Source: an uncultured Eubacteriales bacterium
Lineage (GTDB): Bacteria; Bacillota_I; Bacilli_A; RF39; UBA660
Direction: 5' to 3'
NCBI GenBank assembly: GCA_900320735.1
Contig: ONTJ01000002.1
Location: forward strand, 3,259-67,258
Length of the DNA stretch: 64,000 nucleotides
Position numbers and translations under genes: made by a program. Of this stretch, positions 47,681 to 58,013 are shown in pieces. The notes below the pieces were generated by a model. The model saw only the letters and a list, made by a program, of their open reading frames with translations, had not been told where the DNA came from and ran no database searches. How positions within the stretch are numbered: position 1 is the stretch's first letter; every line of letters starts with the position of its first letter.

Positions 47681-47695
47681 GAAAGGAATGATATT

Positions 47696-48235
47696 TTGAA
47701 TAAGATAGTAGCAATTGTAGGTATGTGTGGTTCGGGTAAATCTGTTGCTACGGAAATACTTGAAAATAAATTAGGATATAAAAAAGTGTATTTTGGTGGT
47801 GTGACAATGGAAAAATTAAATGAGTCACATTTAAAGATAACACCCGAAAATGAAAAAATGATGAGAGAAAAACTAAGACGAGAATATGGAAATGGTGCAT
47901 TCGCCAAGATCTTACTTCCTCGAATAAAAGAGCTTTCTGCTAGTAATAATGTCGTACTAGACGGATTATATTCATGGGAGGAATATACACTATTAAAAGA
48001 GAAACTTGATAATATTATTTTGGTGGCTATAGTAGTGGATAAAGATATAAGATATGATAGATTATCGAAAAGAAAGATAAGACCTCTTACAAAAGAAGAA
48101 GCAATTAAAAGAGATATTTCAGAAATTGAAAATATTGCAAAGGCAGGTCCAATCGCGTATGCAGATTATTATGTTATAAATAATGATGATATAGAAAAAT
48201 ATGAAGAAAGATTATTAGAAATAGTAGGTGATTAA
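47696..48235 (+). CDS. P-loop nucleotide/nucleoside kinase-like protein (179 aa; TTG start). It may be a dephospho-CoA-kinase-like AAA-domain protein.
   Basis: Walker A VGMCGSGKS at the N-terminus and a small-kinase-like architecture; located between the T-box leader and alaS. Confidence 0.45.
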   Translation: MNKIVAIVGMCGSGKSVATEILENKLGYKKVYFGGVTMEKLNESHLKITPENEKMMREKLRREYGNGAFAKILLPRIKELSASNNVVLDGLYSWEEYTLLKEKLDNIILVAIVVDKDIRYDRLSKRKIRPLTKEEAIKRDISEIENIAKAGPIAYADYYVINNDDIEKYEERLLEIVGD

Positions 48236-48236
48236 A

Positions 48237-49988
48237 ATGAATTTGAAAGATTTATATATTAATTTTTTTGTTAGTAAAGGTCATAAGCAAATACCTTCTG
48301 CACCAGTTGTGCCAGAAAATGACCCATCAGTACTTTTTAATACTGCTGGTATGCAACCACTTATTCCATATTTAATGGGTGCTTCTCATCCATATGGAAA
48401 TAGACTATGTGATTATCAAAAGTGTATTAGAACAAATGATTTAGATGAAATTGGTGATACATACCATCATACATTTTTTGAAATGTTAGGTAACTGGTCA
48501 CTTGGAGATTATTTTAAAAAAGAAGCAATTACATGGAGTTTTGAATTTTTAACACAAGTATTAAATATACCTGTAAGTAGATTGGGTGTTACTGTATTTG
48601 CAGGAAGAGATAACATTCCAAGAGATGATGAAGCAATTGAAATTTGGAAAAGTTTAGGTATTAGTGAAGATAGAATATGTCCAACTGTTAATGATAATTT
48701 TTGGCAAGCAGGTGAAACTGGACCTTGTGGACCAGATACTGAAATGTTCTATTTTAGAAGTGATGATCCTATTCCTGAAAAATTTGATCCAGAAGATGAT
48801 AGATGGGTTGAAATATGGAATGATGTATTCATGTCATATAATATGAAAGAAGATAAAACATTAGAAGAATTACCAAATAAAAATGTTGATACTGGTATGG
48901 GTGTAGAAAGAGTAACTGCAATACTAGAAGGTGTTAATGATAATTACAAATCTTCAATTTGGAGCGATGTTATCTCTAAAATAGAAGAGATATCTAACAA
49001 AAGATATGAAGACAATGAAGTTTCAATGAGAATAATTGCAGATCATATTAGAACATCAGTATTTATTTCGGCAGATAATGCTGGTATTAAACCATCTAAT
49101 ACAGATCAAGGATATATTTTAAGAAGACTAATTAGAAGAATGGTGCGTCATGCTAAAAAATTAGGTATAGATATAGATAGTAACTGGGAATATGAATTAG
49201 CATCTATCATAATAAATAAATACAAGAAATATTATAGTGAACTTGAGGCAAATGAAAATGTAGTATATGATGTATTAAAAAATGAAAAAATTAAATTTAG
49301 TAAAACGCTTGAAAAAGGTCTAAGGGAATTTGAAAAAGTTTCAAATAAAGATATTGATGGTCAAACTGCATTTCATTTATTTGATACATATGGTTTTCCA
49401 ATAGAATTAACCATGGAACTTGCTTTAGAAAAAGGTTTAAAGGTGGATATAGAAGGTTACAAAGAAAAATTTAAGGAACACCAAGAATTATCTAGGACAG
49501 CATCTGCTGGTAAATTTAAAGGTGGACTTGCAGGTAACTCTGAAGTAGAAACTAAGTATCATACTGCAACTCATTTATTAAACGCTGCTTTGAAAATTGT
49601 AGTATCTCCTGATTGTCACCAAAAAGGTTCAAACATAACTGATGAAAGAATGAGATTTGATTTTTCATGTGATCATAAATTAACTGAAGAAGAAAAAGAA
49701 AAAACACAAGAATTAGTAAATGAATGGATAAATGAAGGTCTTGATGTTTGGGTGGAGGAAATGAAAAAAGAAGATGCTATTAATTCAGGTGCTGAATGCA
49801 TGTTTATAGAAAAATATCCTGATATAGTAACAGTTTATTTTATTGGAAATCAAGAAAAGATAGTATCTAAAGAATTATGTGGTGGGCCACATGTAAAAAA
49901 TACTAGAGAAATAGGTAAATTTAAGATTAAAAAAGAAGAAGCATCTTCTTCTGGAGTAAGAAGAATAAAAGCTATAATTGAGGAGTAG
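48237..49988 (+). CDS. alaS: Alanyl-tRNA synthetase, a short 584-aa form with catalytic, tRNA-recognition and editing domains but no C-Ala domain
   Basis: N-terminal class II core (FNTAGM, HHTFFEMLGNWSLGDYFK); editing-domain HTATHLL and CGGPHV motifs; the ORF ends right after the editing domain. Confidence 0.85.
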   Translation: MNLKDLYINFFVSKGHKQIPSAPVVPENDPSVLFNTAGMQPLIPYLMGASHPYGNRLCDYQKCIRTNDLDEIGDTYHHTFFEMLGNWSLGDYFKKEAITWSFEFLTQVLNIPVSRLGVTVFAGRDNIPRDDEAIEIWKSLGISEDRICPTVNDNFWQAGETGPCGPDTEMFYFRSDDPIPEKFDPEDDRWVEIWNDVFMSYNMKEDKTLEELPNKNVDTGMGVERVTAILEGVNDNYKSSIWSDVISKIEEISNKRYEDNEVSMRIIADHIRTSVFISADNAGIKPSNTDQGYILRRLIRRMVRHAKKLGIDIDSNWEYELASIIINKYKKYYSELEANENVVYDVLKNEKIKFSKTLEKGLREFEKVSNKDIDGQTAFHLFDTYGFPIELTMELALEKGLKVDIEGYKEKFKEHQELSRTASAGKFKGGLAGNSEVETKYHTATHLLNAALKIVVSPDCHQKGSNITDERMRFDFSCDHKLTEEEKEKTQELVNEWINEGLDVWVEEMKKEDAINSGAECMFIEKYPDIVTVYFIGNQEKIVSKELCGGPHVKNTREIGKFKIKKEEASSSGVRRIKAIIEE

Positions 49989-49990
49989 AG

Positions 49991-51058
49991 ATGAAAAAAG
50001 GGATTTTTAAAATATTATTTATTGTAGTTTCAATATTTATTTTGATTGGATGCATATATTGTTATGTAAATACAACTAGTGTAAGTAAAAAGTCTCAACC
50101 AGTAATTGTTGAAATTAAAGAAGGAAGTAGTGTTAGAGAGGTTGGTGAATTACTAAGAAAAAAAGGATTAATTAGAAGTGATAAATTTTTCTTATTATAT
50201 TCTAAATTACATAAAATTTCAGATTTAAAAGCAGGTACTTATAAATTGAATAAGAAAGATAAATTAAAAAAGATAGTAACTATCCTTCAAGATGGCAGTA
50301 ACGTAATTAAAAAAGAAGTAACAATAACATTTAATGAAGGGAAAACAATGAGAGTTATTGCTAAAACTATAGGAAAAAACACTGTTAATAAAGAGGAAGA
50401 TGTTTTTAATTTATTATCAGATCGTGAATACATAAATTCACTTATTAATGAATATTGGTTTTTGGATAGTACAATACTTAATGAAAATATTTATTATCCT
50501 CTTGAAGGTTACTTAGCACCAGATACATATAATTTTGAAGCAAATGCTACTGTAAAAGATATATTTAAAAAGATGCTTGATCAAACAGATAAAATTCTAA
50601 CAGAAGAAAAAGCTAATATAGAAAAAAGCAACTTTTCTATACATGAGTTAATAACACTAGCATCAATGGTTGAAAGTGAAGGTGTCACTCTTGAGGATAG
50701 AAAGAAAATAGCGGGAGTATTTATAAATAGACTTAATAATAAGATGAGTTTAGGTAGTGATGTCACAACTTATTATGCGTCAAAAATAGAATTAGGCGAT
50801 AGAGATTTATATAAATCAGAAATTAATAGTTCTAATCCATATAATACTAGAAGTGCATCAAACGCAGGAAAATTACCTATTGGACCAATATGTAATCCAT
50901 CAAAAGGTGCAATTGACGCTGTTATCAATTATACTAAAAATAATTATTTATATTTTGTCGCTGATAAGAATATGAAGGTATATTTCAATGAAAATGATGC
51001 TGGACATAATAAGACAATCAGAGAACTAAAATCAAGTGGACTTTGGTATGAATATTAA
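49991..51058 (+). CDS. mltG: Endolytic murein transglycosylase MltG (YceG-like)
   Basis: N-terminal TM then a YceG-like domain; conserved position after alaS. Confidence 0.75.
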   Translation: MKKGIFKILFIVVSIFILIGCIYCYVNTTSVSKKSQPVIVEIKEGSSVREVGELLRKKGLIRSDKFFLLYSKLHKISDLKAGTYKLNKKDKLKKIVTILQDGSNVIKKEVTITFNEGKTMRVIAKTIGKNTVNKEEDVFNLLSDREYINSLINEYWFLDSTILNENIYYPLEGYLAPDTYNFEANATVKDIFKKMLDQTDKILTEEKANIEKSNFSIHELITLASMVESEGVTLEDRKKIAGVFINRLNNKMSLGSDVTTYYASKIELGDRDLYKSEINSSNPYNTRSASNAGKLPIGPICNPSKGAIDAVINYTKNNYLYFVADKNMKVYFNENDAGHNKTIRELKSSGLWYEY

Positions 51059-51130
51059 AATAGAACGGTAAGTTCTATTTTCTTTTATATAAAAATGTGC
51101 TATAATAAGGCTATCAATGAGGTGATTTTA

Positions 51131-51394
51131 ATGGATTCGAATACAACTTTTTTATTTGATGTATCTGATATTGATGCAAGTTTAGTTGAAGAAACTATTA
51201 GGGAAGTATATGATTCTTTAGATGAAAAGGGATATAACGCAATTAATCAAATAGTTGGTTATCTAATATCTGGAGATCCTGGTTATATATCTTCATATAA
51301 TGATTCAAGAAAGAAAATTTGTAAGTTAGAGAGAAATCAAATAGTAGAAACTCTACTTAGAAATTATATTAAAGATGCGAATATTAGGTCTTGA
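51131..51394 (+). CDS. ireB: UPF0297/IreB-family regulatory phosphoprotein (YrzL-like)
   Basis: ...GYNAINQIVGYLISGDPGYI...KLERNQIVE closely matches B. subtilis YrzL. Confidence 0.8.
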   Translation: MDSNTTFLFDVSDIDASLVEETIREVYDSLDEKGYNAINQIVGYLISGDPGYISSYNDSRKKICKLERNQIVETLLRNYIKDANIRS

Positions 51395-51797
51395 TTTAGG
51401 AACTAAAACATTAGGTGTATCAATATCAGATAATCTAGGAATAATAGCTAGCAAATACAAAACTATTGAATTTGCCAGTGAAGATTATATAGATGCACTT
51501 TATAAACTAAAATCAATAGTAGATGAATTTAATATAAAAACTGTAGTATTAGGACTTCCTAAAAATATGAATAATACTTTAGGGTTTGCAGCAAAAAGAA
51601 GCCTAGATTTTAAAGAATTATTAGAAGAAAAATTGCGTTTAAATGTTATAATGCAAGATGAAAGACTATCATCAAAAGAAGCAAATGATATTATGATTAA
51701 AAATAATACTTCAAGACAAAAAAGAAAGAAAACAGTTGATTCATTAGCAGCTGTAATTATATTACAAAGTTATCTAGATTCACGAAAAGAGGTATAG
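51375..51797 (+). CDS. ruvX: Putative pre-16S rRNA nuclease / Holliday-junction resolvase-like YqgF (RuvX)
   Basis: MRILGLDLGTKTLGVSISD N-terminus. Confidence 0.85.
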   Translation: MRILGLDLGTKTLGVSISDNLGIIASKYKTIEFASEDYIDALYKLKSIVDEFNIKTVVLGLPKNMNNTLGFAAKRSLDFKELLEEKLRLNVIMQDERLSSKEANDIMIKNNTSRQKRKKTVDSLAAVIILQSYLDSRKEV

Positions 51798-51799
51798 TT

Positions 51800-52066
51800 A
51801 TGGATATTTTATCGAACGAAAATAATTTTACTTATATAGACGAAAATGGCAAAAAAGTTTCTTGTGATATACTTTGTGATTTGGAAACTAAAGATAAAAA
51901 TTATATAATTTATACTGACAATAAGAAGTGTAAAGATGGTTCTAAAAAAATATATGCTTCATCGTATGTTAGTGATGAAAATAAAAAAATATTGTCCAAT
52001 ATACAGACCGATGAAGAGTGGAATATGATTGAAGCAATTTTATCATATTTAACTAAAGAAAATTAG
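51800..52066 (+). CDS. DUF1292 protein (YrzB-like)
   Basis: Small acidic protein in the conserved slot after ruvX. Confidence 0.6.
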   Translation: MDILSNENNFTYIDENGKKVSCDILCDLETKDKNYIIYTDNKKCKDGSKKIYASSYVSDENKKILSNIQTDEEWNMIEAILSYLTKEN

Positions 52067-52078
52067 AAGGAGTTATTT

Positions 52079-52678
52079 ATGTATAGCGATGTTATAAAGG
52101 AAATGGAAAAATATGCTGAAGAAAAAAGTGTACCTATAATGCAGAAAAAAGGCATGACTTTTTTATGTAAATTTATTAAAAAAAATAATATCAAAAAGAT
52201 TCTTGAAATAGGTACTGCAATTGGATATTCAGCTATAAATATGGCATTAGTAGATGATGATGTGACTATAGTGTCTATTGAAAGAGATCAAGAAAAATAT
52301 ATAGAAGCAATAAAAAATATAAAAAAATGTAATTTAGATAAAAGAGTGTCATTGATATTAGGTGATGCGCTAACACTTGAACTTAAAGATAAATATGACA
52401 TGATATTTATTGATGCTGCGAAAGCTCAATACCTAAATTTCTTTGAAAAATATAAAGATAATTTAGTTTCAGATGGTTTTATTGTAAGCGATAATATGGA
52501 ATTTCATGGTCATGTAGAAAATTATGAAAAAATAGAAAATAAAAATTTAAAAGCACTAGTAGGTAAGTTAAAAAAATATATAGATTTTTTAAATAATAAT
52601 GATGAATACGACACTAAATTTTATAAAGTTGGAGATGGAATAGCAATTACATACAGAAAGGATATTGCTGATGAATAA
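52079..52678 (+). CDS. SAM-dependent O-methyltransferase (YrrM-like)
   Basis: EIGTAIGYSA SAM-binding motif; conserved synteny. Confidence 0.7.
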   Translation: MYSDVIKEMEKYAEEKSVPIMQKKGMTFLCKFIKKNNIKKILEIGTAIGYSAINMALVDDDVTIVSIERDQEKYIEAIKNIKKCNLDKRVSLILGDALTLELKDKYDMIFIDAAKAQYLNFFEKYKDNLVSDGFIVSDNMEFHGHVENYEKIENKNLKALVGKLKKYIDFLNNNDEYDTKFYKVGDGIAITYRKDIADE

Positions 52679-53573
52679 TATAATTGTTACTTATCCAAAT
52701 AGCGAAAATTTTGAGTTTTATATACAAAATAATATTGATGGATTTGCTATAGGTATTGAAAATTTTAGTGAAAATTTTAATTATTTAGTTAAGGAATCTA
52801 GTTTAAAAAAAGTAGAGGAAAAATTAAATTCAATTGATAAAAAAATATATATTGTACTTAATAAAATATTTTTTAATTCTGATTTAGAAAATCTAAAAAA
52901 ATTATTATTTAAATTAGATAAAATGAATATACAGGCTGTTGTTTTTTCAGATATGGCCGTATTCAATATTGTTAAAGAAAATAGTTTAAATATAAATTTA
53001 ATATGGAGTAGTAAAATGGTTACCAACTCTAAAACAATTAATTTTTTTGAAAAAAGAGGATTGTATGGGTTTATAACTACACCACAGATAACTATTGATG
53101 AATTTATTGATATTTGTGATAATACAAAATCTAAAGCAATAATTAAATTATTTGGTTATACAAATATGGCAACTTCTTCAAGGAGTCTTATAACAAATTA
53201 CTTTAAGTACATTAAGCTTAATAAAAATCCAAAAAAGAAGTATTATATGTATGAAAAAAGTACAAATGAATTTTATCCAATAATTGAAGGAGATACTACA
53301 AATTTCTTTTCAAGCAAGATACTAAATGGTCTGATGGAATATAAAAAATTAATAAATAAAGGTGTAGATTGTGATATATTTTTAGATGATTATTTGATAC
53401 CAGAAAATAATTTTTATAATATTATAGAGGCTTTTGCAGCACTTAGAAATTATCCAAATGACGATATTTTTGCAGATAAATTAAAAACAGTTGTTGATTC
53501 TAATTTATTTAATGAGACTGATAATGGTTTTTTAAATAAGAAGACAATATTTAAGGTGAAGAACAATGAATAA
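52671..53573 (+). CDS. Peptidase U32-family protein, probably inactive or degenerate (YrrN-like)
   Basis: Position and size match yrrN upstream of the canonical U32 gene; weak U32-like features. Confidence 0.45.
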   Translation: MNNIIVTYPNSENFEFYIQNNIDGFAIGIENFSENFNYLVKESSLKKVEEKLNSIDKKIYIVLNKIFFNSDLENLKKLLFKLDKMNIQAVVFSDMAVFNIVKENSLNINLIWSSKMVTNSKTINFFEKRGLYGFITTPQITIDEFIDICDNTKSKAIIKLFGYTNMATSSRSLITNYFKYIKLNKNPKKKYYMYEKSTNEFYPIIEGDTTNFFSSKILNGLMEYKKLINKGVDCDIFLDDYLIPENNFYNIIEAFAALRNYPNDDIFADKLKTVVDSNLFNETDNGFLNKKTIFKVKNNE

Positions 53574-54780
53574 GATAGAGTTACTTGCTCCAGCAGGAGA
53601 TTTAGAAAAATTAAAATGGGCAATATTGTATGGTGCTGATGCTGTATATGTTGGTGGGAAAGACTTTTCGTTACGCGCAAATGCTACAAATTTTACAATT
53701 GACGAAATAAAAGAAGGTGTCAAATTTGCGCATGAACATAATGCCAAGGTATATGTGACAGTAAATATTGTATTTCATCAAGAAGATTTTAATGGGTTAG
53801 AAGAATATTTAAGATCTTTAGAAGAAATTGGTGTCGACGCTATAATTGCTTCTGATATATTTATATTAGACTTTTTGAAGGAAAAAAATATTAATTTAGA
53901 ATTTCATTTGAGTACACAAAGTTGTACTACCAATATGGAAGCTGCTAAATTCTATAAGGCCAATGGTGTTAAGCGAATTGTATTAGCTAGAGAATGTGAT
54001 AGAAAAACAATAAAAGATATTATTGACAAAGTAAAAATAGATACTGAAGTATTCATACACGGTGCTATGTGTACATGTTTTTCTGGAAGATGTTATCTTT
54101 CAAATTATATGACTAATAGAGATTCAAATAGAGGTGGTTGCGCACAAGTATGTAGATGGACATTTGATCTTTATGATGAGTATAAGCAAAAAATTAATAG
54201 TGATGTAGATTTTGCTATTTCACCAAAAGATTTGTCATTACTAAGGTTTATTCCAAAGCTTATTGATGATGGAGTGACATCACTAAAAATAGAAGGAAGA
54301 ATGAAATCAATTTACTATATTGCAACACTAGTATCTGTATATAGGAGAGTCATAGATAATTATCTAAAAGATAAAGAAAATTATAAATATAATATAAATG
54401 ACGAAATTGAGTTATATAGATGTGCAAATAGGCAAACTGTTCCTCAATATTTTGATAAATTTCCATCAGTTGATGAGCAATATTATATTGGTAGAGATGA
54501 AAATACAAATCAAGATTTTCTAGGAGTTGTTTTAGATTATGATAAAGATAATAAAGAAATAATTTTAGAACAACGAAATTATTTTGAAACAGGTAATATA
54601 GTAAATATATTTGGTCCAAATAAGGAATCATTTAATATTGAAGTATCATATATTAAAACAGAAGATGGAAAGGAAATTGATGCTGCAAGGCATCCAAAGG
54701 AAATACTAAGAATTCCATGCGATAAAATAGTAGAAAAAAATGATCTTATACGTGTAAATTTTTTTGTTGACAAACAATAA
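53566..54780 (+). CDS. Peptidase U32 family (collagenase-like PrtC / YrrO)
   Basis: MNKIELLAPAGDLEKLKWAILYGADAVYVGG N-terminus typical of U32; Cys-containing catalytic region. Confidence 0.8.
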   Translation: MNKIELLAPAGDLEKLKWAILYGADAVYVGGKDFSLRANATNFTIDEIKEGVKFAHEHNAKVYVTVNIVFHQEDFNGLEEYLRSLEEIGVDAIIASDIFILDFLKEKNINLEFHLSTQSCTTNMEAAKFYKANGVKRIVLARECDRKTIKDIIDKVKIDTEVFIHGAMCTCFSGRCYLSNYMTNRDSNRGGCAQVCRWTFDLYDEYKQKINSDVDFAISPKDLSLLRFIPKLIDDGVTSLKIEGRMKSIYYIATLVSVYRRVIDNYLKDKENYKYNINDEIELYRCANRQTVPQYFDKFPSVDEQYYIGRDENTNQDFLGVVLDYDKDNKEIILEQRNYFETGNIVNIFGPNKESFNIEVSYIKTEDGKEIDAARHPKEILRIPCDKIVEKNDLIRVNFFVDKQ

Positions 54781-54838
54781 AAAATGTAGTATTATTTTTT
54801 CGTGCTTTTAAAAAGAATTTTATAAGAGGTGATTATAA

Positions 54839-55309
54839 ATGACATCTAGTCAAGAAAATTTCATTACAAAAAGTGGATTAGAAGAATTAAAAAAAGAATT
54901 AGAAGATTTAACAATTAATGTTAGACCTGATGTAATAAATGCAATAAAAGAAGCTAGAGCTTTAGGTGATTTGTCTGAAAATGCTGAATATCATGCAGCT
55001 AAAGAAAAACAATCTATAGTGGAAGCTAGAATAAGAGAACTTGAATATTTAATTGAAAACTCTATTGTAATTGAGGAAGGTTCTTCTTCAGAAGTTAGAA
55101 TAGGTTCTACAGTTGAAATAAAATATATAGATGATGATGAAGTAGACGAATATAAAATAGTTGGTTCAACAGAAGCTGATCCATTTGAAAATAAAATATC
55201 TAATTCTTCACCAATAGCAGTTGCAATACTTGGTAAGAGGGTTGGAGATAAAGCTAGCGTAGATAGTCCAAATGGCAGCTACGAGGTTGAAATAATTTCA
55301 ATAAAATAA
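54839..55309 (+). CDS. greA: Transcription elongation factor GreA
   Basis: N-terminal coiled-coil plus C-terminal FKBP-like domain; 156 aa. Confidence 0.9.
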   Translation: MTSSQENFITKSGLEELKKELEDLTINVRPDVINAIKEARALGDLSENAEYHAAKEKQSIVEARIRELEYLIENSIVIEEGSSSEVRIGSTVEIKYIDDDEVDEYKIVGSTEADPFENKISNSSPIAVAILGKRVGDKASVDSPNGSYEVEIISIK

Positions 55310-55397
55310 TTTACATAAAGGGCAATAATTATTGCTTTTTTTCTTGATATAAACAAAAAATTATTATATAATAAAATAGATTTTTAAGGAGGATTAT

Positions 55398-56642
55398 ATG
55401 AAAAATATACATGAGGTAGAAATAAAAATAGAAAACAAAGAATGGAATGATGCCTTAGATAAATCATTTGAAAAGGCAAAAAATAGTGTCAAAGTTGATG
55501 GTTTTAGAAAAGGTATGATACCAAGAAACATATTTGAAAAAAAATTTGGTAAAGAATCATTATATGAAGAGGCTATAAATATTGTATTACCTTCAGCTTA
55601 TGATAAAGTATTTAAAGAAAATAAAGATTTAGAACCAATAATGCAACCTAGCATTGATATAAAGGAAATTGATGAAAATTCAGTAACATTTATCTTTAAA
55701 ATAACAACTAGACCAGAAATTAAAATTAAGAAATATAAGAATTTAGATGTAAAAAAAGAAAAAGTAAATGTTACTAAAGAAGAAATTGATCATCAAATAG
55801 ACCATTTAAGAGAACAATATGCTGATATGGTAATTAAAAATGGTAAAATTGAAAATGGTGATACTGCTGTAATTGATTTTGAGGGATTTAAAGATGGTGT
55901 TGCTTTTGATGGTGGTAAAGGTGAAAATTATCCACTTGAGATAGGAAGCAATACATTTATACCTGGATTTGAAGAACAATTAATATCTCACAAAGCAGGA
56001 GATGAATTTGATGTTCTTGTTACTTTCCCAGAAGAATATGCATCTGAAGAATTAAAAGGTCAAAAAGCTGTATTCAAGGTAAAAGTTCATGAAGTTAAAA
56101 CAAAAGAATTACCAAAATTAGATGAAGAGTTCTTTAAAGATTTAGGCTATGATAATGTCTCAACTGAAGAACAATTAAGAGATTTAATAAAAGCAGATTT
56201 AGAAGCTAAAAAAGAATATGAAAATGAAAATAAATATGTAGATGATCTTCTTGCTGAAGTTGCTAAAAACACACAAATAGAAGTACCAGAAGAATTAATT
56301 CATGATGAAGCTCATCACATGGTTCATAACTACGAAGAACAATTAAAAATGCAAGGAATTACACTTGAAATGTTCTATCAATTTACAAATTCAAATGAGG
56401 AAGCTTTAATTGAACAAATGACTCCTGAAGCTAAAAAAAGAGTAGAATATAGATTTATATTAGAAGAAATTATAAAACTTGAAAATATTGATGTTACTGA
56501 TGAAGAAGTAGAATCACATATTGATAAAATATGTAAAGATTACAATATGAAAAAAGAAGATTTAATCAAAGAATATGGTAATCTTGATACTATTAAATAT
56601 GATTTAAAAATGCAAAAAGCATTAGATTCACTAAAGAAATAA
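55398..56642 (+). CDS. tig: Trigger factor
   Basis: Ribosome-binding GFRKGMIPR motif, PPIase domain, C-terminal arm. Confidence 0.9.
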   Translation: MKNIHEVEIKIENKEWNDALDKSFEKAKNSVKVDGFRKGMIPRNIFEKKFGKESLYEEAINIVLPSAYDKVFKENKDLEPIMQPSIDIKEIDENSVTFIFKITTRPEIKIKKYKNLDVKKEKVNVTKEEIDHQIDHLREQYADMVIKNGKIENGDTAVIDFEGFKDGVAFDGGKGENYPLEIGSNTFIPGFEEQLISHKAGDEFDVLVTFPEEYASEELKGQKAVFKVKVHEVKTKELPKLDEEFFKDLGYDNVSTEEQLRDLIKADLEAKKEYENENKYVDDLLAEVAKNTQIEVPEELIHDEAHHMVHNYEEQLKMQGITLEMFYQFTNSNEEALIEQMTPEAKKRVEYRFILEEIIKLENIDVTDEEVESHIDKICKDYNMKKEDLIKEYGNLDTIKYDLKMQKALDSLKK

Positions 56643-56714
56643 TTTATTATTTCTTTTTTTTTGACTATTTTTTTGTTTTGTGGTAATATACTCCGCAATA
56701 AAAGAGGGATTTTG

Positions 56715-57620
56715 ATGCGAGAAAAAGAAATAATAGAAAGTGTTTTTCAGACAAAAACACCATATCGAAAAGAACTTAATATTCCAAAAGACATTAAATT
56801 TGGATTTGAAATTGAAGCTGGTGTAGACTCTAAGACTAAAACTGATATGGCTAAGCAATTTCATAATTTAGATTGGAAAGTTCATAGTGAATGTAGTATA
56901 AGAACATCGGATAGTATAGAACTTTGTTCTCCAGTTTTTGATAATACTAAATCTACTTGGAAATATTTAAAAAAAATTAGTTTATTATTAATAGATAGAA
57001 AGGCAGATTTTAGTGAAGCCTCATTTCAGGTTAATGTAGATAATGTACTTAGTGATAAATCATTAATGGACCTTTTTAAATTGATTGCTGCTTATGAAGA
57101 TGTTATTTATTCATTCTCTAAGGGTAATGATGCTTATCTTAGAAGTGTAGTTTGCCATTTTGCATCATCTATTGGGCATTTAGTTTATAATAGTATGCAT
57201 AAGTATGATGAATATAGTGGAATAAATAAGTTATATAGTAACAAAAGATATATGATAAATATTAAAAAGAATGACATTATTGAATTTCGAACACCAAATT
57301 CTACATATAATGCTCTATTATGGCAAAACTACGTTAATACATTTATAAATATGATTTTAACAGTTAAATATAAGAAATTGGATTTCGATAAGATTGATTC
57401 ATATATTGAAAAATTCAAAAATCCATATTATGTATCTTATAGTTATAATAATTTATATTTGGATAAGGCACTTGAATTTTCAAATATTGTATTTGATAAT
57501 GATATAGATAAATTGTATTTTATGAAGCAATATATATGTTCACTTCCAAAAAGAGAGGTAAAAAAATATATAAATAAAATGGAGGATAATTATGGAAGAT
57601 ATTATTTTAAACTTAATTAA
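56715..57620 (+). CDS. Hypothetical protein occupying the clpX slot between tig and lon. A possible glutamine-synthetase-fold amidoligase (weak FGFEIEAG N-terminal motif); this assignment is unverified.
   Basis: ORF with an AGAGGGA RBS; resemblance to amidoligase/GCS2-type N-terminal GxExE strand only. Confidence 0.3.
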   Translation: MREKEIIESVFQTKTPYRKELNIPKDIKFGFEIEAGVDSKTKTDMAKQFHNLDWKVHSECSIRTSDSIELCSPVFDNTKSTWKYLKKISLLLIDRKADFSEASFQVNVDNVLSDKSLMDLFKLIAAYEDVIYSFSKGNDAYLRSVVCHFASSIGHLVYNSMHKYDEYSGINKLYSNKRYMINIKKNDIIEFRTPNSTYNALLWQNYVNTFINMILTVKYKKLDFDKIDSYIEKFKNPYYVSYSYNNLYLDKALEFSNIVFDNDIDKLYFMKQYICSLPKREVKKYINKMEDNYGRYYFKLN

Positions 57621-57924
57621 TAAAAAACAAAAGCTTCAAGATCAATTGCTAAAAGAAAGAGATAATGATAAATTTTATGAATTATATGATGATTTAAATA
57701 GGACAAATGATCTGATTAATTCAATAAAATTTTTAATTCGTTATCAACTTACATCAAATTATATAACTAAGGAACAGATAAATGAATTTTACAAATTATA
57801 TGGTGAGGGAAATTCTTTTGGTCAATTCATATTACTTAGTTTAAACACTGTATATCAGATTAGTGATGAAAGTGAAAAGCAAAAAATTTATTCATATATA
57901 GATGAAAAAATAAGAAACAAATAA
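57592..57924 (+). CDS. Hypothetical protein (110 aa) overlapping the preceding gene by 29 nt
   Basis: ORF only. Confidence 0.3.
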   Translation: MEDIILNLINKKQKLQDQLLKERDNDKFYELYDDLNRTNDLINSIKFLIRYQLTSNYITKEQINEFYKLYGEGNSFGQFILLSLNTVYQISDESEKQKIYSYIDEKIRNK

Positions 57925-58013
57925 AGTATGGAAAACTATACTTTTTTTGTTGACTTTTTTTATAAATAAATTATAATAAACATTGTTTAGTAAACTTATT
58001 GGAGGAATGTAGT

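Noticed and set aside
47564-47695. Upstream extension of the kinase-like ORF (track start 47564) through the T-box leader
   Set aside because: The extension would translate through the T-box/terminator RNA structure; start reassigned to the TTG at 47696 just after the terminator T-run.
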